A stretch of 64,000 nt of DNA, from positions 3,844,001 through 3,908,000 of the forward strand of contig NEEC01000004.1 in the NCBI GenBank assembly GCA_002189035.1. The letters run 5' to 3'. The DNA comes from Utricularia gibba. Lineage: Eukaryota > Plantae > Magnoliophyta. The position numbers and the translations under genes were made by a program. This document shows positions 50,001 through 64,000 of the stretch, one piece after another. The notes under the pieces were generated by a model. That model ran no database searches. It saw only the letters and a list, made by a program, of their open reading frames with translations, and was not told the DNA's origin. Position 1 is the first letter of the stretch; each line of letters opens with the position of its first letter.

Positions 50001-52423
50001 TTAAACTCATCCAATTCTATTAACCAAACACTAACTAAGTGTTATAAAAACGCTTTGAGCGAAATGCGGCAAAAGAAAAGGAAGGAAAATCCATGGACCG
50101 ACCCCATTATCCGAATTTTCTCTTTTTATGGCATATTATATGAGTGGGAAAATGTTTTAAAGACTTATGTGTATCTCATTATTTTTTAAATAATTGAATT
50201 CATATCAATCAAATTTGAACAATGAATTCTTTCCAACCGAATAATGATTTTTTTCGTATATCATGATGAATTATATAAGAAACATTATGAATTTGATATT
50301 AGGTTTCTTTGTGTTGAATAGTTTATTTATACTGAATTTTATAATGATAATTTATGAAATAAAAGTTACAAAAGTATTTCAAATATTGAATGAGTTGGAG
50401 ATTCGTAAATTTTAAAAAGGAAAAATTAATTTTTGTTTAATACTTTTCTTTAAAATATAAATTATTCATCCATAATAATTTTTTGAAAATATTTTTACCT
50501 GAGTAAAATTCTGTATGGGGGTGGATCATTTCATACATACGAACGACCCATGAAATTAAGCACATCCCATCTCTTTCTTTTCTCACAATTAAAGCTCCTG
50601 GGAATGTTTGACTCCAACAATTTGTATAAAGCACAAAGCGAAACTATGCTTTTTTCTGCACAAGCTGCCCAGTGAAAGCAGGGATGTGTGCTTAACCGGA
50701 ATTTATTGAAGCTTTTTATTTGATTAAGTAGCATCAACCTGTGAAATTGAATATGATGATTACAAAAGGAACCGCCTGACACGGCTCGTGCTCACCGTTT
50801 CACGTGTCGCGACTCGCCGCACCGCCGCTGCGTAAGTGGGACCCAACGGCGTTCAAGATTCATTCGGCGCGGGAGCACCTTCTGCTCACTCCCAATGTTT
50901 CTTTTCTAAAATACTTAAATTATTTATTGACTGTTCAAATTCAGACTATAAGCTTCTGTTTTCTTACCAAGTCTCATTCTTGGCTTCTTGGTAAGGAAAA
51001 AGGTAGCTTCTTGACTGTGCATATTCAGAATCCGTGTGTTGTTAAGAGATGTAATTAATTCAGAATCTGTGTGAGAGGGCAACTGCGGAATTCCGCAGTT
51101 TTTCCAAAAGAAAGGGTGTGGATGGACATGGGACATGACCCTTTTGCTTTTCCTTTTCTCTCCTGATTCTGTAACCGAATCCCCTAAAGTTTTCAGTTGA
51201 ATAAGGTTATTGCAATAATGAAATAGCATCGTGGGTGACAACACTGATATCCCCATACCAGTGATGATGCAGTGCCTGCTTACGAGTACTGTGCTTTATT
51301 TCGCCATGAATGAGGGGGGAGGCGCCACGCCACGATTGGCGGTAATGAGGGAAACCCGGTCAAACCACGACAAAAAGGGAACAAATGCTGCTGCTCCTGC
51401 AACCGAAAGGTCGCCCGCGTGGTCTTCTTTTCTTTCTCGGACTCGGGCCGTTGATTGCGGCCGCTCCCTTTCTTTTATGGGCAGACATGCACTTCTTCCA
51501 CCACTCCCACGTAATCAAAATCAAAGAAAAAAATCTGGTTCAGCACCACCCACTATACCAAATCCCATCCCATCCCATCCTATCTCCACTGTATATCCTC
51601 TGTTTATCTGGTACATGACAAGCCGATCAATCTACTGACTGTCTGGGTATAAACGAAGAACATATTGGTGTAATTTGCTTTTACAAAGCTCGGATTTGGA
51701 TAAAGGAAGGAAGGGGTGTGGGGGCTGAGCGTTTCCTGTCTTAAATTTGGAATCTGGGAGTGTGGATCGACATAATGCGGGTGGAGAGGGAGGGGGTTTA
51801 TGGAAGTCTCACTCACACCTTCAATTCGAGCCGGCAGGGGACCTAACAGGCGCACATGCCCCTCTCCCCGTCTCCTCCCCTCATAAAGACCACCCACAAC
51901 AATGCTTCCTCCTTTTTCCCCTGTCCAGACCTCCCGCCGGTGACTGTCTTTACTATTTAGGGCTTTCCAAGAAGACCCAAATGGGGAAAACATGCTAGAA
52001 ACCTAATTCAATTTTACTCTGTGGACATGGGTTCAAATCACTATTAAATTACTCTTTTTTATAAATATAATTCATTTGTTTCTAATCTATAAAAATTTAA
52101 GTTTAAATTTAATTAAGGATTAAAATTAATTCATTCGTGACTATATTTATTTTTGGAAGTAATTAGGATACTCAAAATAGCGTGCCAAAAAGAATTTTAA
52201 ATTATTTTAAAGAACCCTATTTGTAATTTATGAGAATAATTCCCACACAAGCGGGGGGTAAATTCGAAGAGGCGCGGGGGAATAAATTAATAAATTAATT
52301 TCAGTCAGCCAACCCTTCTTCTCCCATTCCATGTGTATATATAACTGAGTCCTCCGATGCGGTTTTCGCACATTCCCCCCTTGCACTCCGACAGGGGTTC
52401 CTCCCACCGTTGTCCGTCTCTGA

Positions 52424-55507
<3,084 letters not shown>

Positions 55508-56310
55508 GAGGCTTCAGTCAATCACAGATATTGAGTTGTGATGAAGAACTGTGCAGCAGATACACGGAGAAAAGTTTGGAGTTGTGGTTCATTTGAAGTC
55601 GATTATCATTAGGTGTTTCCTAAGAGTTCGTGAGGTACAAATCTGGGGTCTGAAAGGAGTGAAGGGACAAACTTCAAATAGGTGCTCATCCTCTTTCTTC
55701 CCCATTTCCCCTGTTTCACAGATTATGTTGTGTTATGGTTGCTCATGGTTGCGGTTGAGCTTTCGATGTACACAGCCGTAATCAAGTTTTTCAATGCTTT
55801 GTTTATCGTATGAGAAGTGTTGAATGATATGAAGCTGCTGCCACCGTCGATGCCAATTTGGATTAATTTGAAACAATCCATCGTCGAGTAAATGAGGGGA
55901 ATACATGTAATTTTAGCAAATAGTTTGCAAAACACATGTTTTGAAAACTATTTGTAAAATACATGATGTTTTATTAAATACAAATTAAAATAGTTTTATA
56001 AATTAGTAATAATATTTTTAGTGAAATTTACTATATGAATATTAATTTTATATTTATATATAATAGACAAAAAATTGTTTATTTTGATGATTATTATAAT
56101 ATAATAATTTATAATTTACTAAATTGTAAAGAAACAAGATATTATTTTATTGTAAATGTGCATTTGTAATATTATAATTTTTTATATATATATTTTGTAA
56201 ATCCAAATAGATTTATAAATTAATATTTTTAATGAAATTTGAACATATTTTTAATCAATTGATGAAATTTGAATATTGATTTACTAAAAAATGAATAATA
56301 TTTTTAGATT

Positions 56311-56315
<5 letters not shown>

Positions 56316-56355
<40 letters not shown>
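56316..56355. repeat. (TA)20 microsatellite
   Basis: Directly visible alternating TA run. Confidence 0.95.
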
Positions 56356-56358
<3 letters not shown>

Positions 56359-57049
56359 ATTTATATAATTAAATTATATAATACAAACAATTTCTTTTAA
56401 TTAAATTATATAAATATATGTACATAATTTACATATCACATAGTAAATCTATTTTTTTATATGAAATGAATGATTCTGAACAAATATAGTTATTTTTCAC
56501 CAATTTTGATTTTCAATTCAAGTCTATTCCACACACTTCCGGAAATATAGTAATCCGAAAGAGTTTTAAAGTTTCTGCATAGAGATCAGTGCCAAGGGTT
56601 TGGATGTTACTTAATTCCCTATGCAGCGCTCTAAGAAAAAAAAAGATGATTATTACAATTTTCATTTCCGTACTCTTCAAGAACAACCATAATTTGGAAG
56701 AATGATACAGTTTCAACATAAAAAGGAAGATATTACAAACCAAGCATTTTTTGATTGAAACCATATTTAATACGATAAAACCACTAAATGTATGCTTCAA
56801 AAAAATCATAAAACAACGCAAAATAGATTTATGTATATTTGCATTTCAAATATTCATAAAGCTCTCAATGCTTATGATCTTTTGTAATTGGATGATGATG
56901 TGTTGCCCATCATCATAAATGCATAGTTTTGATGTTATATATTTACATTTATACCATTTGTGTAACATATGACTATTGGAGAAAAAAATCAGACAATGAT
57001 ACATGGTGCCAGATAACTTTGTAATATCAAACAAGGAAGATGGAGAATA

Positions 57050-57480
57050 AATTTCAGATGAACCACCCGAGCATGTTGGAGATCGTGCTTTTGCTGTGAG
57101 TACCGAACATTTCAAATGTGGGTTGAGATTACCAATTCATCATTTTATCCAATTGGTACTTCGTTCAATGCATATTCCACTATCTCATTTAACACCGCAT
57201 TCCGTTAGTAATATTATTGTCTTTATGAAGTTATGCAAAGATGATGAATTTCTACTTATTGTAAGTGCATTGTTTGGTATTGCAAAGTGTTTCAAAGTTA
57301 CCTACAAGAATCACTTTAAAATATCATCCAAGGTAGGAATTAAAATAATCACAAATTTACGAGACTCGTATGGAGATTGGTGGACTAGTTTCGTATGGAT
57401 TACCCTACCCGAAGATTTCACAATTAGGATATCTAGGCAATTATCGACCTCATCAAATGTTGGAAGACCAATTGGTAAGA
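57050..57480 (+). mobile_element. Degenerate 'putative gypsy-type transposon' ORF (PF04195-like)
   Basis: FKCGLRLPIHHFIQLVL..MHIPLSHLTPHSVSNIIVF fits the GLRLPLHPF...QL.PNS pattern of this TE-associated domain. There is an upstream in-frame stop. Confidence 0.65.
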
Positions 57481-57901
57481 TTATTTTTTTGATAAACATC
57501 TTGTGATTTGATTAATTTTCTCTTATTTTCTATTAATGAGTGTGTATATTGTACATTGTAAGGTGTGCAACTATTGGATGAAGAACACAAATAGTGTCTC
57601 GGAACACTGATAATAGTAAAAGATATGTGATGGGTAGATATTGAACCACTCGTTGCAAATTTTAGAAGATCAATTTGTATATGAAGTCCATTAAAATGTG
57701 TTTCCATGCCCTCATGAACAGTAGGAAGAGACAGTGGGTTCGTTTGCCCCTCAACAAATGGACGACAATGATATTATCCAGATACGTTTGAAGCTCAAAG
57801 CAACTAGAAATGAAATTGCACAACTAAAAGACACTATCTACCAATATGAAACAAGATACCCAATGTTCATTCCTCAAGATATCCATGTTGCAAGACCTAT
57901 G

Positions 57902-58560
57902 AAATTGATCATCCTTTATGTTAATGGTCTAATTGCTAATGTCGTGTTTATGTACAAGGGACGAGCAGCTGGAAGACCAGATTGCATCATTGAGTGCCGA
58001 GCAAGTAGCATAATACATTGATTTACTCTAACTATATGTAGAATAATGATGTTCGTTTTTCATTGTAGTTTATCTCATACCAAATTGTATCAAATTTCTA
58101 GATTAAGTGGAGAGAGTAAGTTCATATGCTCATAACTTTGTGCTCCTTCCTTCTATTACTTTAAAATATTCATCATTTTGTTTCTTTGCAGTGCACTCGT
58201 ATGTAAAATAATCGACTATATTATTGTCAGTTGCAGTCATTGAAAGCTTGTATTTTGTTGGGGGATAAGTCAATATAATGACACAAGAATATCAATTGAT
58301 GGAAGCTTCAACACCATCAAATTTAAAAATCTACGACGTATTTGGGATGATGGTACAATATTCAACTATTGTTACAATACACGTAATACGTTGTTGATTG
58401 ATGATTCATCAGAGAAATCGCTTTTAAATCCGGTAACATGCTTTTCATTTTAAACAAAAAATACTACTTCATCTATATTAACTTCTTTTTATCATATTTA
58501 ATAAGTAAACATTACAATATTCTCATTTTCTTATAAGATGATGCAAAGTGATGATAATGT
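57902..58560 (+). pseudogene. FCP1-homology / NIF (HAD-superfamily) phosphatase-like gene fragment
   Basis: KLIILYVNGLIANV (degenerate motif I, LDxNGLL), IIDYI, and an open stretch 58244-58432 KLVFCWG.SQ...KNLRRIW...NTLLIDDSSEKSLLNP followed by a GTAAC donor. In-frame stop near 58241. Confidence 0.7.
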
Positions 58561-59374
58561 CATCTTATAAAATTAAGTATTTCACCTAAATACACTGATA
58601 TGTCAATGTATTTAGGTGAATATCGATTTTCTTCTAATTTGTAATTTTCAACACTGAGAGAGATGATCATTTCTCAAATATACCAAATTTTTTATCTTTT
58701 TCCAGTCCCATAAACTGCATGAGATATAAATGTTTGAATAGTATGACAATCGAATAACAAAATTAATGTTCAATTAATTTAATAATAGAATATATGTTAT
58801 ATTTTATTTTATTGTAATATTAAATGTTAAATCAAAATTTATTATTTTATATTGATATAAAATATATTATTTTAATTAATGTTATAAATATATTATAATT
58901 ATTCCTATAATATATGTGATATTACAAATTATTTTTAATGTTAACAACCAAATTATGAATGATTTTCAAATATTCTATTCGATTGAAACTAATGAAAATT
59001 AAGTTGTATTTAAAATTATTATATTTATTCGAATTACAATAACTTTTAATTATTAAAAAAATATAATAATGAAGCAATAATTATTATAATTGATATATTT
59101 TGTTTTCTAAATTTTTTATATATTTTATAATAAATATATTATTATAAATTTTTATATTTAAATTTGAATTACATAAATTTATTTTATTTAATTAATTTAA
59201 AATATAAATAAATATAAAAAATAATTAATATATATTTATTGGTCATAAATTTTATATACATTAATACAAACAAATTTTTTATTTAATAAATTAAATAAAA
59301 TAATATAAACATAATTAGTCTGTTATAACAAATCTATTGTAATTTTAAAAATGTTAAAATAAAATTAATTTTAA

Positions 59375-60090
59375 GTGTACGTTTGATTGCTGGGTTTAGG
59401 TGGATTGCGACGTGTGTTTAAGACGAGTAAAAATAAACCCGACTATTGACTATAAATTAGGCGGGAACCAGCCAAGCTAGGTTAGCTAAACCCATGAGGG
59501 GAGGTCGATTTAGCTAAACACGGTTCATGGGTTCATTGTTTTATAGGTAAGAAGAAGAAGAAAAAAAAATAAAAAAGAAAAAGATGAAGACAAATATAAA
59601 AATAAAGATGAAAATACTAATAACATGTTTAATATTGTGGGTTTTCATTTTTGATAGTAAATGTGAATTTTCATTTTGAAGATGAGTAACGCGTTTATTA
59701 TTATCTGATACTTGCTGTAAAATATGAATTTTCGTTTTGAAGACGAGCACTGCGTCTATTATTAATCATTGTTTGTTATAAAATAAAGTTTCAACTAAGC
59801 ACTGTAATTTATGTTATGCGGTGCTCGATTGAACTTATAAAATAATATAAAAAAATAAAATATGTGATAATTTATTTTAATTAACTAAAAGATATATTAG
59901 TAATTTTAATAAAAAATTCATCTTAAACCCAATTTTATATACACGTATCAAATGTGTATTAGTGTTAAACCCAAATAACAAACCTATCAAACAAACACAA
60001 GTTACATACTTTAAACTTATAAAATCAGATTATTTAAATTTAAATAAACTAAATCTAAGTTTAGGCTAAAACTAACAATCAAACTTGCCC
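59375..60090. mobile_element. PIF/Harbinger (Tourist-like) MITE, 716 bp
   Basis: TAA on both flanks. Imperfect TIRs: GTGTACGTTTGATTGCTGGGTTTAG versus the reverse complement of the right end, GGGCAAGTTTGATTGTTAGTTTTAG. Confidence 0.6.
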
Positions 60091-60229
60091 TAATATAAGT
60101 TTTCAAACAAATAAATAGAATAGATCCATCAGTTGAGAGCTTCGAATGGTCAAGCAATCTGCCTTTTTAAGATCGCCTCTTGATTCGTCTCTTCACGATC
60201 TCTGGTTCGGACTTATCTTCCATCGACAG

Positions 60230-63151
60230 ATGGAGAGTCCTTTGGTACTCATGTGCGTCGATTCAGCTACCGAAAGTGCCGCGGCCGTCGACATGTGGCG
60301 GAGGCAGCGCCGGACTCTTGCTTGTATGCCGTCCCATCTCGCAGAGGCTCTTCTCCGCCGACTCCTTCGCCGCCGCCTCCTTTTTCCCGCCCTTCTCGAG
60401 TATGACTCACCGATTGATTCGCTTATTTTGTCTCTTGTTCGGAATGCGTTATTGATGGGTCAGTTTAGAACTCACGCGGTTGTTTTTCCTGTTACGGAGC
60501 TCTCTTAATTGCAAGGTTAATTTTTTTTCGATTTTCAGACTCGCTGAGTGAATTGATTAGTGTAGATTCATTGATTCGTTCACCTCTACCATTACTTGTA
60601 ATAAACACACTTTCCGTGGACTCGAGATAGCTGTAACGAAACTCTAATGTCTCTGGTTGTATAGCTTTATTTCATCTTAACTGTAGCACTGTATTGCAGC
60701 TGATGTTCTTCTTATCCTTCAGAGTTTTCAAGTATAGTGTAGAGGAAATAGATTTGAGCGGCGAGAGGTGTGTGGACGCAGAATGGTTGGCGTACTTGGG
60801 GTCGTACGACTGCTTGCGCTCATTAATTTTGGCCGACTGCTGTAGAATCACTAATTCAGCCATTTGGAATTTAGCAGGTGTTTGGATCTACCTTTTTTTT
60901 TTTTTGGCGACTTCGGTTGTTTGAATTACAATTTCATTCTGTTCACTAAACATACTTTCACTCTCAAGTTGATGTTTTATATAGGCGTCGATGGTGGAGT
61001 TGTCTATTATATATGTTTGCATTGCATGTACCTGATTTGAGTCACTTTAAGAGTTTAAGAAGGATATCGGTAATGATGAAGAATTTGTTCACATTGCTTT
61101 TTCATTACGCAGGGATGGAAAATTTAAAACAATTGGACCTGTCAAGATGTTTCAAGATAACAGATGCTGGCATTAAGCATCTTTTGTCAATTCCCACACT
61201 TGAGAAGTTATGCATTACAGGAACAGCCGTTTCTGTTGAGGGTGTCAAAGCTCTTTCTTCATTAACTAATTTAAGGATCCTGGACTTGGGAAGTTTACCT
61301 GTAACTGATGCTGCTCTATATTCTCTCCAGGTTGAAAACCAGGGCTACTCTCTCGCTGTTCTTTCTCGTTTACATTATACTGTCTCTCTGCTTCATAGTA
61401 CGGAAATGTGCTTGTTTCCTGTGCCTGTAATCCTAACTGGGAGCTACTTTTATAAACAATGATGGAAAAGAATGAAATATTCAGCGATCATGGTTATAAG
61501 TGAAATGACAAGTAGGTTTAGACAGTTCATTTCCCTATACGTTGGGTATGTTGTAGTATGTAGCTCAGTATCATATGGTTTTGTATCTTTCCCTTGCTGT
61601 GCCTTGCCTTCATTTGTTTCCTTTTATTGTTTTCTCCTACTTTAAATGCATTTAAGCTGCTTCTGTTATATTTTTGGCACTGACTCGCTGTCTTTCAGGC
61701 TCTCTCTAATTTGGAATACTTGGACATTTGTGGGAGTGACATATCTAATGCTGGAGTAGTTCACTTGATGACCCTCTCGCGGTTGAGTTTTTTGGACATT
61801 AGTTGGACAAATGTTACAGATTTGCCAAACTTCCCCTCTCTTGTATGTCTTAACATGAGTAACTGCACTGTACATTCTCTCTATGATGGTGACTATAAAG
61901 CTTCTCTTGAGAAGGTGATCCTCTCTTGGGCATCTCTTGATATTTCGAAAGTTTTTCTACGAGTTGACACATCCAGATTGAATTTCTTGGATTTATCTGG
62001 CTCTTCCACCAACTCCTTTAGCTTTCTCACCTCTATGAATGCGTTGAAGGACCTTAACCTGAGTGACTGTCCGTTAAATGATTATTCAGTGCAGCATATT
62101 GCCTCAATTGGACCAAGCTTAAAACATTTGAACCTCAGTCGGACAAAAATAAGCTCTGAGGGTGTTATGCATTTAGCAGGAAAGTTTCCTTCTCTTCAGA
62201 CATTGGTGTTGTGTGGCACTGCAGTCGATGATACGGCAGTTCCATATATTAGCTTGATGACATCACTCAAATCTCTTGACCTAAGTTGCACATATATTAA
62301 AGGTGTTGTCCCTGTAACAGTATCTTTGCATTTTTATTTCCCCCAACTCTGTCTCCCGCACACCATTTTTCTGTCGTTTTATTTGTAGATGCAACCATAT
62401 TATTGACGGGATATTTTTTTCAGGTATCGTGCACACTGTAGGTACAGGTCGTGATAAAGTGCCTTCGCTTTCTGTTCTGGAAAATCTTAGAAGTTTAGAA
62501 AGATTATACTTGGAGGAAATTAATGCCACTGATCTAGCCATCTACTCATTGAAGGGTTTGAACAGCTTGAGCCATCTGTTTCTTCGAGACTCGCGCCTCA
62601 TGGATGCTTCTTTACATGAGATTTCATCTCTTCCAAATTTGGTACATGTTGATCTTCGGGGTGCTGTCTTCACAGATGCTGGTTTGGTCAAGTTTGTTCC
62701 CCCGCATTCCATGGAAGTGATTGATCTCAGGGATTGCTGGCTGTTGTCACAGGATGCTCTCTTGGGTTTCTGCAGAAAACATCCGCACATTGAAGCCAGG
62801 CATGATTTTTCTGATGCTCATGATAAAAGAAATGCCCGGAGGGCATCTCCATCACAAGATCACACCGGGTGTCCGAAGCAAAAGCTAGAAAACAGCAAGC
62901 CGCTCTGGTTTCCCCACTTTTCAAACGGGATATTTCTAGGTATGATATCTCATCATTTAACCATTTCATTTTCTTACTTTCTTGGATCCGTCCTTTCGTA
63001 TCACCACACCCCGCACCTCACAGCACTGTTAACTTATCCTGCAGTATACTCTCTAATGATTATTCTTTCATCTCTTGATACTACTCTGTTCTTTATAGAT
63101 CAAAGGTTGAAATATGGCAGAGAAGAACTACTGTCTCTCCAATACCAATAG
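60230..63151 (+). CDS. RNI-like leucine-rich repeat protein, 571 aa, 6 exons
   Basis: Exons 60230-60399, 60723-60877, 61113-61330, 61699-62302, 62424-62939, 63099-63151 (1716 nt). N-terminal WRRQRRTL..MPSHLAEALL, repeated LxxLDLSxC/TxVTD units, C-terminal DQRLKYGREELLSL. Confidence 0.9.
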
Positions 63152-64000
63152 CCTAATTTTTATCGCATAAAGAGAACCGTGGGAGCCAAATCTTTTCAAC
63201 TTGTGGACGTTTCAGGTTTGATATCTGCTGTGCACCTCACCTCACTGGTAGATTTTGCTGTATGCTTCATCTACTTTGAAAATATTTAGGAAGTTCAGCT
63301 GAAGAATAGACCTGTAGAATCACCGCTCTTACAGACTTCCCAACTTGCAAGGAAATGGATGATAAACTGAGGTGCTTGAGCGCCTAGGAGGATCGTTGCG
63401 CCGAGCATGTTTTGTTGTGCACATTAAACAGTGCAGAGTTAAATAAACGTTATATGATTACTATTTATCAACATGTTTCTTTGAAATTCTCATATTATAT
63501 TCAGTAAGAGATTGATTTTGAAATTTTTTGTTTTTATTGTATATTCTACGTTTTCAAACATGTATGATTACATGCAACTAGATTTATGACTTATCTAAAT
63601 ACAAATACAAAAAGATTATGTAAAAAATAGAAAACTTGATAAAAAATTATATTTAAGCATTCAAACTGATAATTAAAGAATCCTAAAAGATTCAAAATAG
63701 ATTTAGAATAGATTTTCAGATTCTACTTAAAGCAACTTTCATAAAGGTAAGATCGAAGATGGATATTTGAGCACAACCATATATTAACTCAAAGGCTTAC
63801 GATTGCAAAAAATAAAAAAATATGTACTATTTAATAGATTTCTTATCTAGATCCAACATTGGTTTCAACGATAATTAATATATTAGATTCCAACTACAAA
63901 GTGTAGAGGGAATTAGAATAGGTAATGATTTTCATTTTTATATAACTTAAATTTTTCTCCAATATATACTACATTACCTGAATATGTCTTGGAGTTGTCC

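Noticed and set aside
51231-51998. ORFs 51231-51638, 51604-51993 and 51747-51998 upstream of GH9C as protein genes
   Set aside because: No domain-like pattern or splice structure; mutually overlapping on both strands.
52010-52022. GGGTTCAAATC B-box-like sequence as a tRNA gene
   Set aside because: No A-box, stems or acceptor arm around it.
55894-59370. A single bounded DNA transposon (MULE, CACTA or Helitron) enclosing the chimeric fragments
   Set aside because: A MULE-like start near 55895 has no matching right TIR that I could find, and there are no convincing CACTA or hairpin-CTAG ends.

Overview
Eukaryotic, intron-containing flowering-plant (probably eudicot) nuclear DNA. I found no rRNA, intact tRNA or CRISPR. 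The first ~11.8 kb is a retrotransposon block: a full-length but decayed Ty1/copia element (811-6049, AAAAC target-site duplication, unusual tRNA-Leu primer-binding site), an Athila-like LTR fragment, and a second, internally deleted copia. The rest is gene-dense with AT-rich spacers and mostly very short introns. Genes in order: group IIe WRKY (+), Sfp-type 4'-phosphopantetheinyl transferase (+), PIAL-type SUMO ligase (-), EMB2752-like small membrane protein (+), RBOH NADPH oxidase (+), GH5 hydrolase (-), a candidate unannotated 68-aa tail-anchored microprotein (+), a stand-alone I9 propeptide-like inhibitor (-), a secreted His-rich protein (+), GH28 polygalacturonase (-), class C GH9 endoglucanase with CBM49 (+) and an RNI-like LRR protein (+). 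There is also a third copia remnant, several MITEs, and a degenerate chimera of a gypsy-type transposon ORF with an FCP1/HAD phosphatase-like fragment. The most notable anomalies are: (1) the tRNA-Leu PBS; (2) a 35-aa coding repeat array in PIAL with an 8-bp deletion that puts the conserved C-terminus out of frame; (3) a perfect 65-bp duplication of a GH9 splice acceptor; (4) a 1-bp frameshift in the secreted His-rich protein; (5) the candidate microprotein; and (6) the TE-phosphatase chimera. Gene models and family names come from manual splice reading and remembered family motifs; no database search was run. The frame anomalies could be assembly errors.
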